Below, one piece after another: positions 28,689-37,199 of a stretch of DNA of 64,000 bases (positions within the stretch are counted from its first letter, which is position 1; the number at the start of each line of letters is the position of its first letter). This DNA is from Candidatus Saccharimonadota bacterium (GTDB taxonomy: Bacteria; Patescibacteriota; Saccharimonadia; Saccharimonadales; UBA4665). Made by a program: the position numbers and the translations under genes. Location of the stretch: NCBI GenBank assembly GCA_037200465.1, contig JBBCFY010000001.1, forward strand, positions 18,885 to 82,884, in the 5' to 3' direction. The notes below the pieces were generated by a model. The model ran no database searches. It was not told where the DNA came from and was given only the letters and a program-made list of their open reading frames with translations.

Positions 28689-28717
28689 ATTTTACAACAC
28701 TTATGTATAAAAGTCAA
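28689..28717 (-). promoter_or_regulatory. sigma-70-type promoter for 27219..28676
   Basis: On the minus strand: TTGACT, 17 nt, TAAAAT, 12 nt, ATG. It shares the 10-mer ATTGACTTTT (plus the next 2 nt, AT) with the promoter at 27129..27157. Confidence 0.5.
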
Positions 28718-28778
28718 TATTATGTAACAATACTTTAATATTGGCAAAAGCGGTTTAGGGGTGTAATAATAGGGGTAA

Positions 28779-28895
28779 ATGCGCTCCCTCAAAAACGATC
28801 AGAACGGCTTCGTACCGATGTTAATTTGCCTGGTTCTCATCATCGCGGCGGTGCTGTATTTCTCCTACGAGCATGTCGTTCGCGCACAACACTAG
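28779..28895 (+). CDS. possible small membrane protein (38 aa)
   Basis: ATG is preceded by aggggtaa. Translation MRSLKNDQNGFVPMLICLVLIIAAVLYFSYEHVVRAQH has one TM. It is GC-richer than the AT-rich flanks. Below the track size cut-off. Confidence 0.25.
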   Translation: MRSLKNDQNGFVPMLICLVLIIAAVLYFSYEHVVRAQH

Positions 28896-28924
28896 TTGAA
28901 TAAAAACAATTAATGTGTTAAAAT
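28896..28924 (+). promoter_or_regulatory. sigma-70-type promoter abutting the start of 28934..30784
   Basis: TTGAAT, 17 nt, TAAAAT, 9 nt, ATG. No SD. Confidence 0.5.
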
Positions 28925-28933
28925 AGCTTTATT

Positions 28934-30784
28934 ATGGCCGAATCAAATCCACTCTGGCCCTACACCGAGCGAGACAGCACGTATGCCGCGCAGGCCTTAG
29001 AAAGGCTGGCCGCACCTTCGGAGGCGCCGCTTTCTGAAACGGATTTGCAGGCAGCCTACGAATTTGGCTGGAGGCTTTTCCAGGGCCCCGAAGGTGATAC
29101 GGACCCTACCAAGACTATAAGGTCGATCGACCTTATGAACATAAGCAGCGAAAGTGAGAGCTACTATCTGGGTTATTTTCGAACTGCGCTTGGCAGACAG
29201 GCCCTAGGAAACCTCGGCGTTGAAGCTACGGATGATGAAGCAAATATCAGCTCGCAGTTGTATGAGGCCGCTGCAAACGGTAAGGCTGCCCCGACGAAAT
29301 TCCGGCGTGAAGTAGCAAACGCAAGTCGCGCCTGGTATGTCGCTGACGTTGCTGAGCGCCTGACACGTCCGGCGGCAGAGGATGCCGATGCCGTTGATTC
29401 CGGTGTACTGCATCTGAAGAACGCGCCCGAAAAACTGTTGGAAAAACTGGCCGCCCTGCAAAGTTTCAGATCTTTTTATAAAGCAGTTTCCGCCGAACTG
29501 AAGACAGAGGAAATATCGCCGCTCCATGAAGCCAAGGTACTACTGCTGCGATTGCACTGGGCAAAGGTCAATGATATGGTTGCAGAGCTATATCCAGGCG
29601 CCTTATCACTTGCGGAGCAACTGCAGCACTCACCCAAAACCGAGCTAACAACCAAATGGCGTGATAGTCTGACTGATGTACTTCCGGTAGTACGCCAGGT
29701 ATATAAGAGCGAAGAACCTGACATATCTCTGCTCGCCGATAAAGACAAGTCTTTATTTGCCACCGAATTCGCCAGGCGCCTGGACTTGGTGCGCAACGGT
29801 GCAGAAAACGTCGGCACGCCAGACTTTTCACCCATTAGCCGAACGATTATGGACTTGGTGGTATCACTGGAAAACGAAGAGGATACATACATGACCGCTG
29901 TGCCCTTTGTCTTGCCCGCGGAAGTCGTTGCGGAATTAGATAAGGTCAGTTGGGATGCTGACGAGTTCATCCAGTTCTTACGAGGGACACTGGCAGACTG
30001 GGAAATGTTAAGCAGTATAGAAGACGACTGGGAGGCGGTGAAAGATCGAACCGGCCCGGCGGCCGATGGCAAGTGGCAGGCTATCGGTACACCGGCAGGT
30101 GAATCATTGAGCGTAAGTAATACAAAGCAGGTCATGAGCGTGGGTGAGAGCCACGATCGTACGCTCACTCAATTGTCGCCGTCCGGACCGCTGCTTTCCG
30201 GGCCGCACGAGTCCGCGCACGCCTTGCAGGCTAAGCATGAAAAGATACTTGCGCAAAAGCTGGGCTTAGCTGAGGTAAGAGGTAGGCGCTCAAGTTTAGC
30301 GCGTGAGTTTGGCGGTATATATGAAGAAAGCCATATACAGGCTATGCTCGGCCGTAAGCGGGACGCAAGCGTGACGTACCTTCGGGCGCTAGAAGCGAAG
30401 CGTGCGGGAGCAAACCAAATGCAAGTTGCCAGGTCCTTCCTCGATGCCCTGCCCGGCTCCGAAGCTGCCGAGCGCCCCATGAAAGACCGAGAGCTGGCCG
30501 CTGACCGGATGTTGCGGCTGTACCGCCATGGTGGCCACGATTCCCAGCCGCTGAACTATTTGGAACAGGAGCTGCTGGTACGGGGTACGCGGGGTATGCC
30601 GGCTGACCGGGTACGGGGAATGACTCTTGCCGCCAGCAGTTTTTCTCTGATTGACGCGGCGGCCCTGCACCGGTTTGGGCTGATAGATGTACCGACTGCG
30701 GCCGAGCATGAACCCGCCGAAGAAATGATGCGGAAATTCCTGCGGCAATATTTCCCGAAGGTCGCGGCCGGTATCATTGGCTAG
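28934..30784 (+). CDS. hypothetical protein with HExxH motif (putative zinc metallopeptidase, 616 aa)
   Basis: GPHESAHALQ (HExxH) is followed about 40 aa later by GGIYEESH, a possible third ligand (gluzincin-like). The rest is helical and unrecognised. Confidence 0.5.
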   Translation: MAESNPLWPYTERDSTYAAQALERLAAPSEAPLSETDLQAAYEFGWRLFQGPEGDTDPTKTIRSIDLMNISSESESYYLGYFRTALGRQALGNLGVEATDDEANISSQLYEAAANGKAAPTKFRREVANASRAWYVADVAERLTRPAAEDADAVDSGVLHLKNAPEKLLEKLAALQSFRSFYKAVSAELKTEEISPLHEAKVLLLRLHWAKVNDMVAELYPGALSLAEQLQHSPKTELTTKWRDSLTDVLPVVRQVYKSEEPDISLLADKDKSLFATEFARRLDLVRNGAENVGTPDFSPISRTIMDLVVSLENEEDTYMTAVPFVLPAEVVAELDKVSWDADEFIQFLRGTLADWEMLSSIEDDWEAVKDRTGPAADGKWQAIGTPAGESLSVSNTKQVMSVGESHDRTLTQLSPSGPLLSGPHESAHALQAKHEKILAQKLGLAEVRGRRSSLAREFGGIYEESHIQAMLGRKRDASVTYLRALEAKRAGANQMQVARSFLDALPGSEAAERPMKDRELAADRMLRLYRHGGHDSQPLNYLEQELLVRGTRGMPADRVRGMTLAASSFSLIDAAALHRFGLIDVPTAAEHEPAEEMMRKFLRQYFPKVAAGIIG

Positions 30785-30918
30785 ACGAATGGCGGCAAGC
30801 TTGGCGTAGTGCTCCCCGTGTCGCCCCGTTCCTTAAGATTTATGCTACAATTGCGACAGATTATCAAGTGGCAGGCCGGTTCGGCCCTGCATCAATATAA
30901 AAAGGAAGTAGCGTTTAC

Positions 30919-31644
30919 ATGGACGTCGTTTATTTATTCAAGGAATCAGAGGAACACGACTCCGCCGAGCTGCGCTACTCACTGCGTTCGCTCAAAAATG
31001 TTGACCACGACAAAGTGTTTATCGTGGGGGAGAAGCCGGTGTGGGCGACGAATGTCGAGTACATTCCGGTAGCGCAAACCGGCACTAAGGGGAAGAACGT
31101 AGCCAGAAATCTATCTGTCGCTGTCGGTACGGAGGCGATATCGGAAGACTTCATCATGATGAATGATGATTTCTTCTTTATGAAACCACAAAGCTTCACC
31201 GGGAATCTGCACTGGGGACCCTTACGGGATATCATCGCACGATACGGAGTTCGGTATGAGGAAGACACGGACTACACTCGTAATATGAAGCAGACGCTCG
31301 AACTGCTGGTATCACTCGGATTTGATGACCCTCTATGCTACGAGCTGCACGTCCCTATGATACTGAACAAAACCAATATGCGCCGCATGCGGCAAGAAGT
31401 AAGCGGTCCTATATATCAATTCCGGAGCTTTTACGGCAATTACTTCAACGTCGGAGGCGTACAAATAGAAGACGTCAAGATATTCTTGGACCCCCGGCAC
31501 AATGACCCGCGCTATGAGGAAGACCCGGCCGGCTACCTGTCGGCCCAGACGCTCCTTTCGGCGACAGGAGGATCATTCGCGCGAGGCTTAGTCGGAACGT
31601 ATGTCCGGCAGCGGTTCAGCGAAAAATCACCTTACGAGATCTAA
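30919..31644 (+). CDS. Stealth-like (capsule hexose-1-phosphate transferase family) protein, short form
   Basis: DVVYLFKES...ELRYSLRSLKNV...KVFIVGEKP and FIMMNDDFFF resemble Stealth conserved regions CR1-CR2. 241 aa. Confidence 0.5.
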   Translation: MDVVYLFKESEEHDSAELRYSLRSLKNVDHDKVFIVGEKPVWATNVEYIPVAQTGTKGKNVARNLSVAVGTEAISEDFIMMNDDFFFMKPQSFTGNLHWGPLRDIIARYGVRYEEDTDYTRNMKQTLELLVSLGFDDPLCYELHVPMILNKTNMRRMRQEVSGPIYQFRSFYGNYFNVGGVQIEDVKIFLDPRHNDPRYEEDPAGYLSAQTLLSATGGSFARGLVGTYVRQRFSEKSPYEI

Positions 31645-32666
31645 GCGAGCAGCTGTTCGTATAGCTCCAGGTATTCTGCGGCCATGCGGTTCACATCAAA
31701 GCGTTTGGCGAATGATACGCAATCCTCTGCGGAAATATCCTTAGATTTCAGGGCGGCCGCGGCGAACTCATCCGCGGTGTCGCACAGATAACCGGTCTTG
31801 CCATCGATCACCAGTTCAGCGCGCGAACCGCCGCGCTGCATGAGTACCGGCGTGCCGCACGCCTGAGATTCTATGGCGACCAGGCCGAATGGTTCGTGTA
31901 TATCGGACGGAAAAATAACCGCTCGAGCACTGCCGTAGTGGCCAATCAGTTCCCGGGGCGATTTAGGTCCGAGGTAGCGTATCTGCTCGCCGTCGATGGA
32001 AGCTTGCAGGCCGTCCCAGTACGAGCGATTTTTGGGTGCGACTTTGCCGATGATATCCAGGGGCAGCCCGGCTCGTTTGGCCGCCTCGATCGCGACAGGC
32101 AGATTTTTTTCCGGTGCGATCCGGCCGACGAAGAGCAGCCTGTCTGAGCGGGCATTCCGTGCAGGTCGGAATGCGGTCAGGTCTATCCCGTGATAAATAC
32201 ACCCTTTGGTCCGGATACCATGCTGCTTGTCGAAATCGAGCATGAAATGAGTCGGCGGCACCGCCCAGACATTCGGACTCGGGTGGCTTTTGGCGCTGGC
32301 GATGGTTTCCTCGGTCGGCCACCAATGCTGGGTGAAGACGATCGGCTTCGCCGTCGCGTCCGACACGGTGTAGTGCAAGTTGTCGTAGTGGCTATGGTAA
32401 ATATCGACACTTTGGTCCCTGAGGGCTTCGAGCAGGAGCGTACGGTTGGCGGTGGCTGTGTCGTCGTAGCTGCCCTCGATACTCTTCCAGGACACACCCG
32501 GAATATCGATGTACGACGCGGGGTTGCTGTATATCGTCACGGCTAAGCCGGCCGCCGCCTGTCTGGTCGCCAGGTCGATTACCCAATCGTACCGGCCGTT
32601 ATGGTGATCGAGCGGAAAAGTGATGCTATACGGTGTGAGGTGTGCGACTGAACAGGCCGGTTTCAT
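31641..32666 (-). CDS. family 4 (GT-B) glycosyltransferase
   Basis: The E-x7-E region EPFGLVAIESQACGTPVL is present. The start is taken at MKPAC..., which forms an ATGA overlap with the stop of the upstream ATP-grasp gene. Confidence 0.8.
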   Translation of the reverse strand: MKPACSVAHLTPYSITFPLDHHNGRYDWVIDLATRQAAAGLAVTIYSNPASYIDIPGVSWKSIEGSYDDTATANRTLLLEALRDQSVDIYHSHYDNLHYTVSDATAKPIVFTQHWWPTEETIASAKSHPSPNVWAVPPTHFMLDFDKQHGIRTKGCIYHGIDLTAFRPARNARSDRLLFVGRIAPEKNLPVAIEAAKRAGLPLDIIGKVAPKNRSYWDGLQASIDGEQIRYLGPKSPRELIGHYGSARAVIFPSDIHEPFGLVAIESQACGTPVLMQRGGSRAELVIDGKTGYLCDTADEFAAAALKSKDISAEDCVSFAKRFDVNRMAAEYLELYEQLLA

Positions 32667-33904
32667 AGGAGTGCTACCTGTAAGCGCTCGACCTCGGCAC
32701 ATTTTGCCATGAACTCCGTATAGTCCGCGTCTTGCACTATGACGACCGCGGTCGCCTTATAGCCGTCTTTTGCCGGGCCGCACTTGGCGCCGCGCTTAGC
32801 TTTTATGTTCAGGCTATGGACTCTCTTGGCCACGATACGTACATGCTCTGCGGGAACAAGCGCGTCAAACGCACCGGTCGTATGAGGAAACAGCTCGTAT
32901 ACGGCCGTATAACCTTTCAAGGGAGCCTGCGTATCGATGAGCGGTTCACTTGCAGCGTTCGCGACTTCCATTGCCGCTAGATCCATGCCATAGGATAGGC
33001 GATACATCCTGGGCCGGTAGCCGCCGATGCGGGCGCCTATCTCTATGATTTTTATCGTATTTTGCGTCGTATGGATAAGCTCCACGTGCGCCGGCGACGA
33101 TCGCAGTTTCAACGCCGCCATGCCTCGCCGTGCCGCCTCGAACAGCCTGTCCTGCAGCTGTTCGTCTATATGGGCGGGAAGGGCGCGTCGGTACAAGAAA
33201 TTGTCGTCGAAACCTGCTTGCGCTGCGTTCGTCAGCGCTGCCACGCCGGGACATATCGTCGCCTGGCCGTCACTACCTGCGAATGCCGCCACGGAATACA
33301 GCTGACCTTCCATGAACTGTTCGATTATCAACCGAGGCGCCCGGCCGTAGACACGGTATTGCTTGTACAGGCCGTGCAGTTGCGACAGGGCGTAGCGGGT
33401 TGACGCCTCCAGTTGCTCCCGGTCGTCGCAGCGGATAACCAACAGGCTCTTCACCAGGTTCGCCGGTTTGATGATGACCGGGAAGCCGTGCGCCTGTGCG
33501 AAGCGGGTAGCCTCTTCCACGGACGCTATCTCGCCGAATGCGGGCGAGAGGCTCTCGTCGTAATCCGCGAACGCTTGCCGCATGAGCATCTTGTCCGTAC
33601 ACAAGAGAGCAGACTCGGGGCTTATACCGGGCAGCTGCAGCTTTTCAGCCAGCCGGGCTTTCGCAAGTATGTAGTTTTCGTAGGTGCAAACCAGCCCCGC
33701 GATAGACAGGTCCGGGATGGCAAGCGTATCCAGCGACACCGGGTCGGAGAAATCTACCGGCACCACCGCATCGTAGTCCGATGGGTTTTTGAGCGTGACC
33801 AGCTTGTCCAGAAAAACACCCACCGAAAAGCCGGCTTCACGTATCGCGTGTGCTGATGCGGAGAAGGGGTCAGGCTTGCCGACTATAAAGATGTATTTAT
33901 GCAT
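32663..33904 (-). CDS. ATP-grasp enzyme (L-amino-acid-ligase/carboxylate-amine-ligase-like)
   Basis: Pre-ATP-grasp plus ATP-grasp layout: KYIFIVG..., FPVIIKPANLVKSLLV, IIEQFMEG, VELIHT...IKIIEIGARIGG. The start is taken at MHKYIF (33904). Confidence 0.7.
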   Translation of the reverse strand: MHKYIFIVGKPDPFSASAHAIREAGFSVGVFLDKLVTLKNPSDYDAVVPVDFSDPVSLDTLAIPDLSIAGLVCTYENYILAKARLAEKLQLPGISPESALLCTDKMLMRQAFADYDESLSPAFGEIASVEEATRFAQAHGFPVIIKPANLVKSLLVIRCDDREQLEASTRYALSQLHGLYKQYRVYGRAPRLIIEQFMEGQLYSVAAFAGSDGQATICPGVAALTNAAQAGFDDNFLYRRALPAHIDEQLQDRLFEAARRGMAALKLRSSPAHVELIHTTQNTIKIIEIGARIGGYRPRMYRLSYGMDLAAMEVANAASEPLIDTQAPLKGYTAVYELFPHTTGAFDALVPAEHVRIVAKRVHSLNIKAKRGAKCGPAKDGYKATAVVIVQDADYTEFMAKCAEVERLQVALL

Positions 33905-34005
33905 TTGATTGTATGTATAACAGGCGTAGTATACCATTACAATAGGGCCGGTTCGGACAAACAGCAGGTATTGCAAAAATTAAGCTAAAGTGTTACAATA
34001 TACAT

Positions 34006-35421
34006 ATGACAATCAATAAGACTCTGGATACCTTAGGCTCTTCGGAAAATGTCAGTTTCCCGGAATTGGGACTGATAGATATTCCTGCGCGCACCGACAC
34101 CGGCGCGCGTACTTCAACCATTTGGGCCTCGAATATCCAGGTCATCGGCGATGAACTGCAGTTTACCGTGTTCGGTAAGGGCCATCCCGGTCATTCCGGC
34201 AAAAAGATAACGATGACCGATTTCGCCCAGTTGACCGTAACGCCATCGAACGGCATAGCGGAAGAGCGGTATGTGGTGAAGCTGTTGGTCGCCCTGAGGG
34301 ATCGGCGGATGCGCGTTTCCTTCACGCTTGCCGATCGTTCAACCCAGACCTATCCTATTCTTCTGGGGCGTAATATCTTGAAGAAGCGGTTCATAGTTGA
34401 TGTTTCGGCGGACGAGAAAACAGCCGTTGAGGACGCAAAGGTCGCAGCGAAACTTGAGCAAGCCTTTGCCGCTAAAAGATCTTCTGCCACTGTAAAATCC
34501 AGCTACAGCGGCCCCAAACTCAAAATCGCAATCCTGTCCAAGGGGCCGGGTAATTATTCGACCAAACGCATCAAAGAAGAAGCCCTAAAACATGGACACG
34601 AGGTTCGAGTCATTAACTATGCGAAATGCTATGTGACGCTCGAAAGCAACAAGCCGGTGGTGCGTTACGAGGGCGAATCGCTGCACGATATCGACGTGAT
34701 TATTCCTCGTATCGCCGCAAATCTGACAGGCTATGGTTCATCTATCGTGCGGCAGTTCGAGATGCAGAACGTGTTTACCAGTACGACATCCATAGCCATC
34801 GTCCGTTCGCGCGACAAGCTGCGCAGCACGCAGCTGCTGGCTAAGGCCGGCGTGGGCATTCCAAAGACCGTGTTCGGCCGCGAAACCGCAGACCTTGATG
34901 ACATTCTGGAGCAGGTCGGCGGTGCGCCGGTCATCATAAAAGTCGCCCGTGGTACGCACGGCAACGGCGTGGTACTGGCCGAGACGCGTAAGGCTGCTAA
35001 GGCTGTGATGCAGGCGTTCTACGTGGAGGGCGTGAGCTTTATCGTGCAAGAGTATGTGGAGGAAAGTGCCGGCACTGACATCCGTGCGTTCGTGGTCAAC
35101 GGCAAGGTGGTCGCCAGCATGAAGCGCCAGAGTCTGGACGATGACTTCCGCAGTAACCTGCACCAGGGCGGCGAAGGTTCGGCGGTAAAACTGACCGATG
35201 AAGAGCGCAAAACCGCTCAAAAGGCCGCCAAGGCCATGGGTCTGCCGATCTGCGGCGTGGATATGATGCGTTCCGACCGCGGCCCGCTAGTGCTGGAGGT
35301 CAACTCCAGTCCCGGTTTCGGCATCGAAAAGGTGACCGGCCATAACGTGGCCGAGAAGATCATCGAGTACGTCGAGCAGAATGCCAAGGGCGGCCGTCGT
35401 AAAGACAAAGTCGGCGCGTAG
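34006..35421 (+). CDS. rimK: fusion of a retropepsin-like DUF785 (RimB-like) domain and RimK-type alpha-L-glutamate ligase
   Basis: The N-terminal 135 aa contain ARTDTGARTS (a D-T-G aspartyl-protease signature) and LLGRNILKKRFIVDV. The C-terminal 300 aa are collinear with RimK (KIAILS..., VIIKVARGTHGNGVVL, FIVQEYVEES, GVDMMRSDRGPLVLEVNSSPG). Confidence 0.8.
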   Translation: MTINKTLDTLGSSENVSFPELGLIDIPARTDTGARTSTIWASNIQVIGDELQFTVFGKGHPGHSGKKITMTDFAQLTVTPSNGIAEERYVVKLLVALRDRRMRVSFTLADRSTQTYPILLGRNILKKRFIVDVSADEKTAVEDAKVAAKLEQAFAAKRSSATVKSSYSGPKLKIAILSKGPGNYSTKRIKEEALKHGHEVRVINYAKCYVTLESNKPVVRYEGESLHDIDVIIPRIAANLTGYGSSIVRQFEMQNVFTSTTSIAIVRSRDKLRSTQLLAKAGVGIPKTVFGRETADLDDILEQVGGAPVIIKVARGTHGNGVVLAETRKAAKAVMQAFYVEGVSFIVQEYVEESAGTDIRAFVVNGKVVASMKRQSLDDDFRSNLHQGGEGSAVKLTDEERKTAQKAAKAMGLPICGVDMMRSDRGPLVLEVNSSPGFGIEKVTGHNVAEKIIEYVEQNAKGGRRKDKVGA

Positions 35422-35426
35422 GACAT

Positions 35427-35451
35427 ATGAGAGGGGAATATCCCCTCTCAT
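35427..35451 (+). terminator. 11-bp perfect hairpin after the rimK fusion gene (no T-tract)
   Basis: atgagagggga-ata-tcccctctcat, 6 nt after the stop codon. Confidence 0.4.
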
Positions 35452-35556
35452 CGCGCCGGGCTTCGGCATAGCCAAAGTCTCGGGCTGCTCTCCCCTGGGC
35501 TCCAGGTCGCAATAGCTACAAGGGAAGATACATTACGCTCATGGTATTATTTAGGT

Positions 35557-36072
35557 ATGACATACCTGGTCGTATTAGCGGCCTTAGCCCTTGTGCCGGT
35601 CCTGGCGATAGTTTTTCTGCGGGTCAATGGCGCCATCGCTTTCATGAGCCTGTGCCTGGGCAGCGTGCTCGTCAGCTATACGTCGAGTGATGTCGAAGGC
35701 GTGTTCGGCAGTTTCTCGTCATCGAAAAATATGCTGACGACCAACCAGTGGGTGCAGCTGGGGTTGCTGCTGGTGCCGTTGCTGCTCACCATATTGTTCA
35801 CGCGCGGCAGTGTCAAAGGTACCAAAAAGCTTACGAACATTTTGCCCGCGCTGTCAGCCGGTCTGCTAACCGCCCTGCTGGTCGTGCCGCTATTGGGCGT
35901 GAATGTACAGCGGCAGATTCACCATCAGGCCGCCTGGACGCAGCTAAGCAATGCCCAGACCGGTGTATTGCTGGGCGGCGCGTTGTTCAGCCTGGTGTTC
36001 CTCCTGTTTACCCACCGCACCCGCAAAAGCGAAGAGGAAGGCAAGGGCAAGAAAAAGCACGGCAAACACTGA
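35557..36072 (+). CDS. hypothetical membrane protein (171 aa, about 5 TM, Lys-rich tail)
   Basis: Hydrophobic ORF. TATTAT lies 6 nt before the ATG. Confidence 0.6.
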   Translation: MTYLVVLAALALVPVLAIVFLRVNGAIAFMSLCLGSVLVSYTSSDVEGVFGSFSSSKNMLTTNQWVQLGLLLVPLLLTILFTRGSVKGTKKLTNILPALSAGLLTALLVVPLLGVNVQRQIHHQAAWTQLSNAQTGVLLGGALFSLVFLLFTHRTRKSEEEGKGKKKHGKH

Positions 36073-36202
36073 GCTTCCGGCTTGGATTGGCAAGAATTAT
36101 CTGAATGGTTGCATTTCAAAAACGCTTGTGCTAAGTTAGATGCTGATGCATACACGAAAGGATCCCGATGCTTGCTAAAGCCAAGGGGTTCTTTTTTATA
36201 AA

Positions 36203-36226
36203 ACAGCCCTCCGGGGCTGTTTTTTT
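36203..36226 (+). terminator. rho-independent terminator
   Basis: acagccc-tccg-gggctgt followed by T6. A weaker G-U-containing hairpin plus T-tract precedes it at about 36160-36197. Confidence 0.7.
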
Positions 36227-36261
36227 ATGCATCGGAATCAGTAACTAAAAAGGAGGTGCGA

Positions 36262-37122
36262 ATGGTCAACAACTATAGAGGAGTAGAGGACACGCCGGCA
36301 TTCAGCGAGGTCGTAAACAAGCTGCGCAGTTTCTGCCTAAGCAAAGGGTTCTGCGAGGTAAGTACGCAGGACCGGCTCAGCATCCTGGCAGCCTGCGAGG
36401 ATCCGGACACGGTCGCAACGTACCGGTACATGGGTGAGGTCTGGCCACTGCCCCAGACCGGACAGATGTGGCTCGAATATGAACTGCTGACCCGTCCCGA
36501 GCTGCCCGGCGTGTTCTGCGTAAGCACCAGCTACCGCAACGAACCCAACCCGGTGCCGGGACGGCACAAACTCATCTTCCCGATGTTCGAATTCGAGCTG
36601 AAGGGAGACATCAAGGAGCTGCGCAAATTTGAGACGGAGTTGCTTGAGTATCTGGGCTTCGGCGGCCAGGCCGACTTTATCTACAAGACATACGACTGGC
36701 TGAAGGGCTACTACAAGACCGAAGAGCTGACGCACAAGCACGAAAACAAAATGCTGGAAGATTTCGGACCCGTGGTGTTCTGCGAGGACTTCCCCGTCTC
36801 TACGTCGCCCTTCTGGAACATGAAGCGCCACGGTAAGGACCATGCCTACAAGATAGACGTGATAATCGGCGGGGCGGAAACTATCGGCAGCGCCGAGCGC
36901 AGCACTGACACCAAACAGATGGAGCATGAATTCTACACCATCAGCGAGGGCAAGTACGCCCAGAAGCTGTTCGACCTGTTCGGTAAGGCCAGGGTAGAGA
37001 AAGAATTACACGAGTTTTTGGAGCTTGGCTTCTTCCCGCGCGTGGGCGGCGGGATAGGGCTGACGCGGCTGATCGACGCAATGAAGAAAGGAGGCCATAT
37101 GAACAACGTAAACAACAACTAG
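36262..37122 (+). CDS. stand-alone class II aaRS catalytic-core paralog (AsnRS-related asparagine synthetase A-like)
   Basis: SD aaaggagg. Motif 2-like STSYRNEPNPVPGRHKLIFPMFEFE and motif 3-like GGGIGLTRLIDAM are present. There is no anticodon-binding domain. 287 aa. Confidence 0.6.
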   Translation: MVNNYRGVEDTPAFSEVVNKLRSFCLSKGFCEVSTQDRLSILAACEDPDTVATYRYMGEVWPLPQTGQMWLEYELLTRPELPGVFCVSTSYRNEPNPVPGRHKLIFPMFEFELKGDIKELRKFETELLEYLGFGGQADFIYKTYDWLKGYYKTEELTHKHENKMLEDFGPVVFCEDFPVSTSPFWNMKRHGKDHAYKIDVIIGGAETIGSAERSTDTKQMEHEFYTISEGKYAQKLFDLFGKARVEKELHEFLELGFFPRVGGGIGLTRLIDAMKKGGHMNNVNNN

Positions 37123-37131
37123 CCAATCAAA

Positions 37132-37158
37132 AACTCCCCAAGGGCCCGGGGAGTTTTT
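37132..37158. terminator. bidirectional rho-independent terminator between convergent genes
   Basis: aactcccc-aagggccc-ggggagtt, flanked by an A-tract and a T-tract. Confidence 0.7.
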
Positions 37159-37199
37159 GTTTGGAGGCGCAGCGCAGGTAGGTCACGCGCCGCATAGAG

